Assembly (NCBI RefSeq): GCF_009914755.1
Contig: NC_060945.1
DNA from: the human T2T-CHM13v2.0 reference genome, Homo sapiens
Length of the DNA: 64,000 bases
Strand: one strand, 5' to 3'
Both the position numbers and the translations under genes were made by a program. Shown here in pieces: positions 1 through 13,115 of this stretch; within the stretch, counting starts at the first letter, position 1; each line of letters starts with the position of its first letter. The notes beneath the pieces are model-generated. The model was given only the letters and a program-made list of their open reading frames with translations, did not search any database and was not told where the DNA came from.

Positions 1-766
1 CACACTATTTTTATTAAGAGCACCAGTGAGAAGCCAATATGTGATCCGAATTCTTAACCAGATAGCTAAACAAATGTAGTTCTTCAGAGCTTTCTAATGT
101 GCAGTGGGACTATGCTTCTTAAAAATACCACTTGCTTTTCAGTCAACACTTGGGGACAACCTACTATACTTTCCAGCATGATTGGTATACCTCTCTGCTG
201 TTAGAGAGAAATAACCCCTAGATACCTTTTCCATTTCAGTGGAGATGACGATGCACTGAAATAGCTCTCGGGTGTACCTGAAACCATGACATTGCAAGGG
301 AGTTTATATTTTAAAGCTAAGAAGTTACATTTCATTAGATGTTAGTGTCTAATAAATATGCAGTGCACTGAGAGACTTCCTAGAAAGACAGAGAGTTGGT
401 ACACATTTCGCAAATTGTTTGACAGTCATTAAAAGTTACATAAATCACAATAAAATAGACACGAAAACTTCATCTACAGTAAAACTAGACAAGTTCCCAT
501 CATCATCCCACACATTCTGAAATGGCAACCTGATTCAATGAAATATAGATGAAGCTGAAAAATGATACAACCAGCTAATACTCCATTCTCTGGCAAGTGA
601 ACGTAGTGCAATTGTAGGACTACATACAGTTTTTTTTAACAGTAATATTTCTTATCCTGAAGGTGTAAGAGCTGAAGCCCTGGATAGAATATAGAGAGCA
701 AAATGAGCAAACTATTTAGAGATGAGACTTGCAAGTCAGCCTGGAGTAGAATTCCATCATTGAAAG

Positions 767-948
767 CACTGATTCTCAGATTTTAGTGTGTATAAGAATT
801 ACTAAGAAAGCTTGTTAAAAACAGATTACTGAATCCCGTTCCCAGAATTTCTAATTTGATAAATCAGTGGTGCTTGAGAATTTTTCTTTAAACAGTTCCT
901 GAGTGATACAGAAGCCGCAGGTCTGAGACTACACTTTGAGGTAGAAAT
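767..948 (+). mobile_element. MER5A (hAT-Charlie non-autonomous DNA transposon), decayed
   Basis: Collinear with the recalled MER5A consensus: CACTGATTCTCAGA...CTTGTTAAAAACAGATT...CCCAGAATTTCT...ACTACACTTTGAG. Confidence 0.8.
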
Positions 949-1401
949 GACTTTTTAAAATGTTTTTAATGTGTCTTTGACGTAACTTTCCTAAGAGAAA
1001 GCAAATTGTAGACATGGAAACAAGCTGCCTCTAATAGCTGTGGGATGTGGGTGGGGAAAGACTTGGGAATGGCACACAGAAAAAGCTACATTGCTTTCTG
1101 AAAACCAGAATCTAGTATCATGCTGTGATGGCTTCGTGCTGTGTGACCTTGGCCAGGCTCCATTTCCTGTCCAACAATTCCCTATTCAGCTTCCACATAG
1201 GGTGGGCTATTTAAAAAGATATGTATTGACACAATCATTCTATAATTTAACCTAAATATTTTCAAACATAATCAATTTAATTATTAGATTATAAATTTTA
1301 AGGGCATGAAAATCCACAAAAAATTATAATTCTTTATCCAAAACTATGTAGTAAACTTTTATGCTTTTAAAGTAGTCAATGTAAGGAAGGAATCACCGAA
1401 G

Positions 1402-1849
1402 TGAAACTAACCCAATACTCCCATAGATAGTTTTTTGGATAAATATAGAAATTGACTCTTCTGGTTTCAAAGCTTGAAACTTACATTTACTTATCTGAGT
1501 TCCTTCCTCAGAAAACCAGACCTCTCAAAAAGTATCAAACAACTGAAACTCACCAGATCCTCCCATCCAGACAATGACATACCAGTCCCCTCATTCATCA
1601 TGATTGCTTACTTAGGCCTCCCCAGTTCCCGTTTTATTACATATAGTTACATTTCTTCTCTGATATATAAACCCCTAATTTTAGTTGGTTAGGGAGATGA
1701 ATTTGAGACTGATCTCCCATTTCCTTGGCTGCACACCATTAAAGCCTCCTTTCTTGGCCATAATCCATAATTGTCTCAGAGATTGGCTTTCAGTGATTGG
1801 CTTTGTGTGAGCAGGAGGACCTAGACTGAACCTTTTGTGTTTTGGTTAA
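1402..1849 (+). mobile_element. ERV1 solo LTR, LOR1-like
   Basis: Starts TGAAACTAACCCAATA, contains a TATATAA box and an ATTAAA poly(A) signal, ends ...GACCTAGACTGAACC...TTTGGTTAA. Resembles the recalled LOR1a consensus. Confidence 0.7.
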
Positions 1850-2726
1850 AAAAAAGGGAGAATAAAAAATAAAATAGAAAAAATTACTATAATTTTCTCA
1901 TACATTCTGCTAGGTAGAATGTAAAAAACATAAAAGTGAGTCTTAAAAAAAAAGCTTACTTTGAAGACTAGAAAGAGTTAAAGTCTAATAATTTCAAGTC
2001 AGTAAACAAGCCTTCTGTTATCAGTGTTGTATACCAATAGACAATTAATATTGAAGAATCTGGGGATGAAGTTTTGAGGGTATTGAAGCCAATTATAAAG
2101 ATATTGCAATAAACTAACCTTGATCAACTGAGGTCATTAAAGGAAACAAAGTGAGACAAAAGAGAATGAAACTTTATCATAACATTGGAGTAGAAAGTTT
2201 TAATCACATTTTGTATTGATTTTACAGAAAAAAAGATTGGATTTCAAAGTTGAGTTGTCATCAATTCATGCAGTGTGGAAGTAAATACATTTTATAATTT
2301 ATTACTAACTTACAAAAGTCTTTAAGAATTCTTATTTTGTGAAAGTGGCAAGGCAAATAAGATTGTCTTTAGTTAACACAATGCTTCATTCTTTTTCCTT
2401 GACGTTGGCCTCCTCTTTAATATTAAAAAGCAAAAGAAGTCACAGGGAGATTTTAAAACTACATCAATTCAGTAAGGTGTTATACACTTTTTCTGAGGCG
2501 TCTCAGCTAATTCAGTTAACATCCTTTTTTTTTTATCTTTTTCTCCCTTTTCTTTCTCAAAAGGGTTCCTTCTGTTTTCCACTGACATTGTGTATTAGTA
2601 ATTTACTTAGACTAAGTGAGAACATTAAAACCTTAGGTTGCATCTGCAAAACAAAGTTTAATTTGAGATGAATTTATTTATCCTACACACACCCACACAC
2701 AGACTTATCTAAATGGCACGAAGTAA

Positions 2727-2748
2727 ACACACACACACACACACACAC
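2727..2748. repeat. (CA)n microsatellite
   Basis: Direct reading. Confidence 0.95.
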
Positions 2749-3111
2749 GGTTTCTATTGGGAGCCACCACTTAAGGGATCACATTACACTAGAATCAGAG
2801 AAGACGTGGTAGAAAAATTTGGGGTAGGTTAACAATAACAAAATACATTGGTGTTTCAGACAAAGTACAGGTGATAGAAGATGAAGGTAGGAAAAAGAAT
2901 AAGATTGGGCAGGGTGCAGTGGCTCACTCCTGTAATCCCAGCACATGGGGAGAACAAGGCAGGAGGATTGCTTGAGGCCAGACGTTCAAGACCACCCCTA
3001 AAAACCTAGTGAATCTCTACCAAAACAAAAAAGAAATTAACAAATTAGCTGGGTATGGTGCTGTATGCCTGTATCTGCAGCTATGCAGCAGCTGGGGTTG
3101 GAAGATGCTTT

Positions 3112-3912
3112 TGTGTCCGGAGTTGGTGGGTTCTTGGTCTCACTAACTTCAAGAATGAGGCCCTGGATTCTCACAGAGTGCTACACTTCTTAAAGATGGC
3201 GTGTCCAGACTTTGCTCCTTCTGATGTTTGGACATGTCCAGAGTTTCTTCCTTCTGGTGGGTTCATGGTCTGGCTGACTTCATGAGTGAAGCTGCAGACC
3301 TTTGCAGTGAACGTTACAACTCTTAAAGGCAGCGCATCTAGAGTTGTTCATTCCTCTTGGTGGGTTCATGGTCTCGCTGACTTCAGGAGGCAGCGCATCC
3401 AGAGTTGTTCACTCCTCCTGGTGGGTTCGTGGTCTCTCTGATATCAGGACTGAATCTGCTGAGGTTCACAGTGAGTGTTACAGCTCATAAAGGCCACTCG
3501 GACCCAAAGAGTCAGCAGCAGCAGGATTTATTGCGAAGAGCAAAACAAGGACGCTTCCACAGCATGGAGGCAGACCCCACCAGGTTGCCACTGCTGGCTT
3601 GGGTGGCCCCCTTTTATTCCCTTATTTGGCCCCACCCACATTCTGCTGATTGGTCCATTTTACAGAGCACTGATTGGTCCGTTTTACAGAGAGCCGATTG
3701 GTCCGTTTTACAGAGTGCTGATTGGTGCGTTTTACAGAGTGCTGATTGGTGCATTTACAATCCTTTAGCTAGACACAGAGTGCTGACTGGTGCATTTACA
3801 ATCCTTTAGCTAGACACAGAGCACTAATTGGTACATTTACAATCCTTTAGCTAAACAGAAAAGTTATCCAAGTCCCTACCTGAGCCAGAAGCCCAGCTGG
3901 TGTCACCTCTCA
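3112..3912 (-). mobile_element. LTR12 (ERV9) solo LTR
   Basis: Plus strand begins TGTGTCCGGAGTTGGTGGGTTCTTGGTCTC and ends CACCTCTCA (reverse complement TGAGAGGTG). Has the characteristic ATTGG tandem repeats and a 4-bp TSD CTTT (3108-3111, 3913-3916). Confidence 0.95.
3645..3860 (-). promoter_or_regulatory. LTR12 U3 tandem CCAAT (NF-Y) array
   Basis: ATTGG at 3649, 3673, 3697, 3721, 3745 and 3827, plus ACTGG at 3786; spacing 24,24,24,24,41,41. NF-Y binding of ERV9/LTR12 repeats is established, but activity of this copy is unknown. Confidence 0.75.
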
Positions 3913-3953
3913 CTTTGAGCCCAGAAGTTTGAGGTTATAGTGAGCTATGATTG

Positions 3954-4741
3954 TGAAACGGGAGAGTTCCCTGACACCACCCCACCACCCCACAACACAC
4001 ACACACAGGATGTGTGATAGGAGTGTGACTCCTCTTTTAGGTCATCACTGCTACTCAAACCCATTACAGGATGGGGAGCACATAGATGGGCAGGTGCAGG
4101 AACCAGAGTGAACACCCCTGGGCACCAGCACCACAGAGCCTGTGACTTCCAGAGCCCAAATGGGCGTGTGTTACGGTGACTCCTTTAGTTGCTGATGGCT
4201 TAAGTGTTCAATGGACCCTCTGCCTTTTTGCAAGGGCAGGGGGCCAATGTGATTGCTTTCTATATCCTGAGGTCTTGTCCAGCATTGCAGAAGAATTGGG
4301 TCACGTGTACTTGAAGGATGGCCTATGAAAGGGTTTTATTGAGTGGTGAAGGTGGCTGTCAGCAGGATGGATGGTAGCTGGGAAGCGGACAGAGTGGGAA
4401 GACAATCTTCCCCTGGAGTTTGGTCAGCGGACAATTCTCCAACTGTCCCCAGCTGAACTCCTCCTGACGCTCCTTCTCTTCCCTCCTTCTCTGCCTCTCT
4501 TCTGCTCTTCTGTTCATCCGCTAGTATCCTCTCGTCTCCTTCTGGAGCTGGGGGTTTGGGGTTTTTATGGGTACAGGATAGGGGGCTTGGCAGGCCAGAA
4601 GGCAACTTTTGGGCACGAAAACAGGAATGCCTGTTCCCATTTAGGTTAACGGGTTTCTATGGTTTGCAGGCTTGGGAGCGGGGCCTTTGCGGGGGAACTG
4701 CCCTCTTTTACTCTGTATTTCCCTGTCTCCTGTTCATACTA
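3954..4741 (-). mobile_element. ERV1 solo LTR of the LTR27/LTR28 (LTR1-related) group
   Basis: Reverse complement begins AGTATGAACAGGAGACAGGGAAATACAGAGTAAAAGAGGGCAGTTCCCC; plus strand begins TGAAACGGGAGAGTTCCCTGAC. TSD ATTG (3950-3953)/ATCG (4742-4745). Confidence 0.8.
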
Positions 4742-6128
4742 ATCGCACCACTGCACTCCGACAGAGTGAGACCCTGTCTCAAAAAAAAAAAAAAAAAAGA
4801 AAGAAAAAAGAATAAGATTGATTATGCTTCTATATAATTTACTTTTTTAAGAATATGAAGACCACATAGAATACTATACAGTTTGAAAATACAAACATTT
4901 GCAAAGAACAGCTTTATTGCTGTTGATTTAGATATACATACAGATACATACATTAATTATGTGATCTTAGGAGATGCTTTATGTTCCACTAATTCTATTA
5001 TTTTGGCAACGATCTCTGACACACAAAAAAAAAATGAACAGAAAGATCAAATTTGTGATCTTTAACATTTTCAGACAATATATGCAGCTGATGTGCCTGT
5101 CTATTATTCCTTTGGCCAAAAACTCATTGGTGAATTAAGAAATAGCCATATGGGAGTGTTTGTTTTCACATTTGTAACAGTTTGTTTATAATTTTTAAAT
5201 CCTTATCTATCACATTGCAAGAATTCTTTCTCTCAGGCTAGTAAGTTTGGGAGGGAGCTGGTTCTACAAAATATTTCTAGAACAGAAGAAGAAAAGGCAG
5301 ATTGTTTCCATATATATTTTAGTCAACTGAAAGCCACATGATTTATGGCCTTTCATATTCTCATTTGCAGCTCTTCAAGCTGTACCTGAGCTCTATGAGC
5401 TTCTCTGACAACCTAAATTGCTTTGAGAACAAAGACTATTTAAAATAAAATCATGCTAAGACTGATTGGACACAGGCATGTGAATGTGAGAGGGACATCA
5501 ATAGGAATTGGTAGCTGTACTGAGAAATTAGGTCTCACATTCAAAATAACACAAGTCATTGAGAACAGCCTCATTCGATAGAACTTTCTCAGAATCATAA
5601 CTATACCACACATGTCCACAAGTACATAGGGACTGGATAAATCTTCAGTGTTGGGTATAGCTATTTATCTTTTTTTCTGCTTTGGGAATTCAAGTGAAGC
5701 CTTTGCTAAAACACTGTTAACCATGGTACTCCAAATGCTGTTATGCTAGTTATATATTTGGTTGAAGAGGTTGTTGTAATCAAATCGGCATTACTGAATA
5801 CAAGTATGGAGATTCTCCTGAAAAAAAAATACAAATGCTTGAATAGAAAAGCAAAAGAGGACATTATAGTGTTCCTTCTCCAGGAAATGGGACATTCCAG
5901 TGATGCTCACACTAAAACAATGTTATTGTTTCAACCTATGCATTAACTATAGTTGGAGCATTCCAAATCCTAACATATATTCACCATAAATCCAAATACA
6001 CTGACAACCGCTCTCACATTCCCTTTGTTCAACTGATCTGGAGACTGATCAATTGTTTGATCAGTCTCAATCAATTGGAATATGTTTTAACAGTTTACCT
6101 ACAATAGAGACTTAAGAAATGGAAAATA

Positions 6129-6129
<1 letters not shown>

Positions 6130-6163
<34 letters not shown>
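6130..6163. repeat. (CA)n microsatellite
   Basis: Direct reading. Confidence 0.95.
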
Positions 6164-6169
<6 letters not shown>

Positions 6170-6177
6170 CTCCCACA

Positions 6178-6631
6178 TGACAAAATTTCTTTGCTTGACC
6201 AAACTTTAGACAGTTTTCTGAACCTTCTTCTAGGTCCATCTGTGCAGTTCCTTATAAATACAATTTTAATAAGAACCTAGCTGAGTTGGTTTAGCAAAAA
6301 CCCACAATATTGAGAACTGATCACCCTCGATATCTGATTTGGTTCCTTATCTTCTACTTCCAGGTGATGCCTGCCTTCGGCAAGAATCCAGTTAGGTCTG
6401 TTTAGCCAGAATACCCCTTACCTCTGATGTTTTCTCTTAGTAATTCTGTATCCACTCACCCTCACACTACTCCTTGGCTATAAATCCCCACTTATCCTGG
6501 AAGTGAGCCCAATCTCTCCCCCTCACAGCAAAATCCCATTGCAACAGCCCCAATACCTATCACAGTGGTCCTGAATAAAGTCTTTCTTACCATGCTTTAA
6601 CAAGTATCATTGAATAATTTTTTGTTCATCA
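6178..6631 (+). mobile_element. MER31-family ERV1 solo LTR
   Basis: TGACAAAATTTCTTTGCTTGACCAAACTTTAG start, GGCTATAAAT TATA box, AATAAA, terminal CA; flanks CACA/TACA. Confidence 0.8.
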
Positions 6632-7259
6632 TACACAACTCTCATAATAAATATATATTAGCCTAGACACATACCCAAGTTGGAAGAGTAGTGGATATAT
6701 CATAATATATGTTTTTTGTTTAAAGTCAATATTTTTCTAGCCTAATAAATTAACTGCAATTTAGAACACATTTTATGGAAAAAATATCATATATGAAAGG
6801 AACTTACCTGCTCAGAGTTTTCTTTTTTTTTTTTCCTTCTTTTTATTTTCAGCAACACTGCACATATTTTGGGGATTGTCAATATTTAATTAGCCAACCG
6901 ATCTCAATCACTAATCTTTTGTATGAAAGTCTCCACATCACCATGTGGGCCATAAATATTTTTCAAGATAAATTTGGCACAATGGCTGCCTTTGATGTAC
7001 TTGCTCAACAAGTGTGCATTTGGTACCCACCATGAATCAGGCACTCTTCTAAGTATTATGCCTAATGAATTTTATGGATAGGATCCTTTCCTTTGAATCT
7101 CCATACAACGGTAGAATTGGGAGTACAAAAAAAAAACATGATAAACACTTCAGTGTGTAAGGCAAAAGACACATTTATGACCACTCTAGAATGTGTGTCA
7201 ATGTAAGTGTTTTCAAAGAGGAAAGCTTTTAAAATCTTCTGATGAAAAAGGAATATGTC

Positions 7260-7392
7260 AAATCTGATTTCTGCTTCTTTCCAACCCTGTGCTATTCACT
7301 TAGTATTTTAGCTTTGCTTTTCTCCCCAGTAAAACAGAGATAAGAATGCCTGTACTTTCTGCCTGCCCCACAGAATTGTTGTAAATATCAAG
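7260..7392 (+). mobile_element. MIR fragment
   Basis: Degenerate MIR core CAGTAAAACAGAGATAAGAAT...CACAGAATTGTTGTAAATATCAA. Confidence 0.5.
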
Positions 7393-7514
7393 TATTTTTG
7401 TTGATGTTGTTGCTGTTAGTAGTGGTAGTAGTAGTAATAGAATTAAGTAGAAGTGTCACTAATGTAACTTTGGGCAAGATCTATTTTAAATAACTAAGCC
7501 TTTTATCAAGTTAA

Positions 7515-7829
<315 letters not shown>

Positions 7830-8633
7830 AATCCACAGATACATCAGTGAAGAGGGAATGGGCCAAAGGATAAGAGAGAGAGAAGGGTAAGGAAAAATCA
7901 AACAGATATCAAAGATTGAACAGGCAAGTTCTGAATCCAATACCAGATCAGGAGCCTGTTACAAAATTTTCCTATTCTACTCCATTTCCTCTACAACTAA
8001 CTTATTTTCCAGTTCATCTCATTGAGATATTGTTAGTAAAAATATTTTTCACTGGGTTTTTATGATGCATGCAGTGTGCATTGGAAGGAATAAGAGTTTT
8101 CCTTAAGTGGATAGGTAGCAAAGCCAGAAATCACAGAGTATAGCATTTATAAACCACTCATCATATGGGGAGCATACACCCTGGATATCAGAAACAATTG
8201 CATTTCACCCTAACACCCTGGAAGCCAGAAACAACTGCATTTGACCCTGATAACTGAATGGGTTCTGTGCACCCAAACTTTACTCTTTTAAACAAAATAT
8301 GTCCTTCAGGGGAGGTAAATGACTCCCCAGAGAGGGGCAAAAGACGCACTCCTCTGTAAGATTTTAAATGTTAGTTATAAGAGAGAGAGATAGTTATCCC
8401 TGTCATTCTCCCAGGAGGAAAGGCACGGGGAGTAGCGAAGTCTGGCACGACATGAGTTCAGGGAACATTTTCATTTCAGTGAGCATCTGCTGACAGGTAG
8501 TAAATCCAGTGGTAACCGGCATGTAGTGTGGGTGCCTTTCTGTCTAGTAAGCATGGTGAGACCACCTTATACCTGCTGGCATAATGCCTCTTGTTGTATT
8601 TGAGCTTAATGGGAGTTTAAAAACTATAAGAGA

Positions 8634-9028
<395 letters not shown>

Positions 9029-11487
9029 TCACCCTTATGATTTTATATTTTCACAATTTTGCATAGTGTATTTTATAAATACTCTGAAATTTCTTGGTCT
9101 GGATTTAGATGGAGACTCTATATGTGTACCATTATTTTCAAAAGGGAGAATGGAAGAGTTTAAGCAGCAGTAGAGACAATAATGATGTGGCTTTGGCTGC
9201 CAAGGACTTGATGGACAAGTATTGCTTAGAGACAAATGTAATTGCTTGTTTCAACCTGCATGTAGAAAAGGAGGTCATAGATGTTTTAGATTTACAGTTA
9301 GATTGAGGCTATTTCTGAAGAACAAAATAACTACTTCTCTCTTGAATACATTTATCATGTTTGTTTCTTAACATAAACAAAATCTTGAATTCATAAAACA
9401 TGTATTTAATATAATGAGTTATATTGAAGCAATAAATTATGTTAAATATAGTGAATTAATGTTAAAAGGTTGATGAGAATGATTAATTACAAATATAAAT
9501 ATGTATAGTCAGGGCAGTTACAAAGTAATCTAACTATACAATAAGAGCAGTGAGACTTGATACTGGATTATGCAATTTCCTATAACCAGGAACTGCCCCA
9601 AATTTATTTACCACAAGTCCCCTTGGATCTCATCAAATGACATCATTCCAATATGTACAATATTATTACATGGTTATGCTCTGTCAAGGACTGTTCTAAC
9701 TGCAATTTGATCCTGAGACACCTCTGAGGAAATCTCTCTATCTCACTTCCAACAAAACATAATTTTCCCCTTCTGGTAAAGTTAGTTCAAGTTTATTGAT
9801 TCTAGCAATTGAAATATGTGACTTCGAAAAACTTGGAATAACTAAGAGTTGTCAAGGTCACAAAGTGTTTTATCAGAGGAAATTACCGGTATACTACAGA
9901 GATTTGCTGTCAGGGTTAATTTTTCTCACTGAATAGCCACAAAAATTATTTAAATATTTTACTTTGTAATTACCGTACTGCACAGTATCATTCAGAACTC
10001 ACCAACTGGCTGTCTTTTTGGACATTTTCCAAAGCTTGAATAGCATCATCGATAAATAACACTTGTTAACTAATCGCACACTGTCAGGTCATGTGTCTGA
10101 ATAATTTGCTGTGTAATTTTCTCACTTTAGTCAAATTAAAATGTGGAAATGCATATACTTTTCTAGGCAGTTAACTTAAGGATAGGTGATACGTTAAAAT
10201 TAATTATCTGCCATGTCATATTATTCTAAATTTGAATGAGTTTCTCATTTGACCCAAAGATTTGCAAACATTGTGTAAATATAGGGCATTGACTAATTTT
10301 TTTCCACGCATGTTCATATATATTAAATGGAAAGTAATGTCTTCCAAACCTTATACAAATTTGTTTGCCTATTAGTTGTGGGGACTTGAGGTGGGTCAGG
10401 TATAAAGACAACTAGATCCAAGTAATACGGATATGACCCAGGGTTTACTGGGGACATGGACTAGAAGAGCAGTAGCATAATGAACACTGTCTCCCAAACT
10501 CTGATTGTTCTACAGCCTAGGCTGGATATAGATGTTCTGTGTGCACCACAGAGATGCTTGCCTCAACCAACAACCTGAACATGCAAAGAAAAAGCTACTC
10601 CATATGTCATCCCTGCCTCTTCACCAGGTTTTTGTGTCTTCGGGTTAGCCTAAGAGGAAAAAGAACACTTAGTTTCTGTAAGCAACAAGAAATACATCAA
10701 AGGAACAGTCTTGCAAGCCAGGAATGCTGACATCAAATAATTTTCTGTCCCTCTGCAGACTAATCAGTCATGATGAGCCAGCTTTGAGCAAAACAACAGG
10801 AAGGGGAAGGAAGTGAGCCTCCAGGCCGCCCAAATTGGTTCCTCATCAGCCCACCCTTTGGTGCTTGGGGTATCATTAAATATAAGCTTCACAATTAGTT
10901 CTGATTGATGCTACATCTTAATGGGTTCCACAGTACTGTCTGAGAATAGTGTAGTTTTCCAAGTGTAGCCTGGTATGCTTGATAGCCAGGAACACCATTT
11001 GAACGATATTAAGGAAACCACAAAAAACTGGATTAGATGCAAAAGGATTGATCCCACTTTCTGAGGAATTTGCCTTATGAGTCATCACTAAGATTGCTTG
11101 TTATAAAATATTTGGAGAAAAAGATAATTATTTACTCTCAACCCACTCCCCTGTCATTTCCCAGGTTTGAGCAAGTATATGCTCACAGGAACTTAAGTCT
11201 GTCATGACCACTTGAGAATGAGGCAGTTGATTGATCAGTTTTCTGAAGTGATAATTTCTTTGTTTAGTTGTTGGTGTCATCCTAAGTGACCTCTGGGGGC
11301 AGAGGAGGGTGGTCTGAAAACCAGCTGAAACACAAGTTTACATTTGCTCCAGGTACCCTTGATAGGAGCATACGATCTGTCTATCCATCCCCTTAGATCA
11401 AAACACCCACTGGATAAAACTTTTATCCATTTTCAGACATTGCAGATGAATGAATATGTAATGGCTTAGAAAGAGTCACAATTCTCA

Positions 11488-11660
11488 CAATCAAAACTAC
11501 AATGACATATATTGCACCCCAGTTAAAATGGCTTTTATCCAGAAGACTAGCAATAACAAATGCTGGTGAGAATATGAAGAAATGAGAACTCTCATAAACT
11601 TGGTGGGAACGTAAATTAGTATATCTGCATGGAGAAGAGTATGGAGGTTCCTCAAAAATC
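11488..11660 (+). mobile_element. L1 (L1MA/PB-like) ORF2 3'-end fragment
   Basis: CAAAACTACAATGA...CCCCAGTTAAAATGGCTTTTATCC...AATAACAAATGCTGG...GGAGGTTCCTCAAAAA. Confidence 0.85.
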
Positions 11661-12039
11661 AGATTTGACATACACACAGAAAAAAAACAGAACTATATTA
11701 TTCAGAAGAGAAATGAACTATACAATTCCTTCTCAAATAAGGAAGAGAAGGACTCTATTTGGTAAAGGAGTGGAGTATGGCAGGAGGCTCAGCTGAGTCG
11801 GAGGAAGCCACACTGCCAGGTGTGGGAGTAGCCAATGAAGACAACAAGCCAAAACGAGAAACAGTCAAGCCTCCCATCACTTATTGCCATAATACAAGCA
11901 AGAGGCTAACCTGGAGAAATCACCATTTCCCCTGTTCTGTGTCCTCCCCAGGAATGGCACCAGAAGAGGGTCAGGAGGAATAGTTCAGGCGTGAAAATTA
12001 TATCAATTGAAGTGAGACCGGTAGACCTCTCGACATATA

Positions 12040-12810
12040 ACGACTCAGCGATTCCATCCAAACCCCTGCACTAAGAGATGACCAAACTCTAGAATGGCTT
12101 CTATAATAGCAGTATAAGGCTGTGTTCCTGGGATGACCCCAGCTCTCCCCCTACTCTACATCCTCCCCTTTCCCCTTATAATGTCGGCCTGAGAAAGCTC
12201 AATGTTGCCAAATGAATTTACTATTTGTTCCATCAAAAACCTGCTGATAAGCAGATAGGCTGTGGAAAACCATCTTGGAGAAGCTACTTCAAAAGACTGC
12301 TCCATTCAGGCTGCTATAACAAATACCATCGACTGTGTGGCTTTTAAGAAACACAAATGTATTTCTCACCATGCTGGAGGCTGGAAGTCTGTGATCACAG
12401 TGGTGCCTGTTGAGAGCCCTCTTCCAGGTTGCAGGCTGCGGTCTTTTCATTGTATCCTCACATGGTGAAAGGGATAAGGAGGTTTTCAGGTGTTTCCTTT
12501 GTAAGGGTTGTAATCCCATTTATGAAGACTCTACCCTAATAATCTCATTAACTTCAAAGACCTCACTTCTTAACACCATCATAGTGGGAAAGAGGTCTCA
12601 ACAAATAAATTTTAGAAGTACACAAATGTTCACTCCATAGGCAGCTTGCAATTATGTATCTTTTTTTTTTAATCTCTTGTAATGGACGTGAAGCTAACAC
12701 TCTAAACTGTTTCTTCAAGGACCTGAGAGCTATCTCTGAAATGCAAACATTCAGGGAGATAACTTGTTCTTTCACCCAGTCTCTGTGGGAGGACGGGGAC
12801 TAACTCCTGT
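12040..12810 (+). mobile_element. Old ERV1 LTR (MER67/MER89/MER90-like) interrupted by an MLT1A
   Basis: GACCAAACTCTAG..GGGATGACCCCAG..CCTGAGAAAGCTCAATG before 12296; CAAGGACCTGAGAGC..CCAGTCTCTGTGGGAGG after 12641. Confidence 0.55.
12297..12641 (-). mobile_element. MLT1A-type MaLR LTR
   Basis: CCATTCAGGCTGCTATAACAAATACC...GGAGGCTGGAAGTC...CCTCACATGGTG...ACTCCATAG. Confidence 0.85.
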
Positions 12811-13115
12811 GGGTCTGTGCCTCCTTGTCACCTGTCATTATCCCTAGGTGATGAGATGGCTCACTAGAATTATCTCCAAAAAGCAAAATTAAAAATGAAA
12901 CAGGGTACCAGGATGAGTAAAACACAGCTTATCTTGGGTTTCTAGTATCATCTAAGGGAGTTACTGAAACACACTACTAATGCCTCATGATACTAGATAA
13001 AATTTATTGGGGATAAATCAAGAAGGGATGTAGCACAGTGCATGCTTTTCCTTATTATTCTACAGCCTTATGTTGGACATAGTTGTTCTTTATGCAGTTT
13101 CACTGAGATCACAAC

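Larger units (their letters stand above)
2908..4804 (+). mobile_element. AluJ-type element split into three pieces (2908-3111, 3913-3953, 4742-4804) by two LTR insertions
   Basis: The pieces join into one Alu (GGAGGATTGCTTGAGGCC left arm; TTGAGCCCAGAAGTTTGAGG; CACCACTGCACTCC...GTCTC-polyA). 16-bp TSD AAAAAGAATAAGATTG at 2892-2907 and 4805-4820. Confidence 0.9.

Noticed and set aside
3405-3809. 134-aa and 97-aa ORFs with repeating LQSADW / GPFYR units
   Set aside because: Antisense translation of the 24-bp LTR12 tandem repeat
9109-9306. 65-aa ORF preceded by TTTAG, a possible exon
   Set aside because: No recognisable protein, weak polypyrimidine tract and donor, and no partner exons
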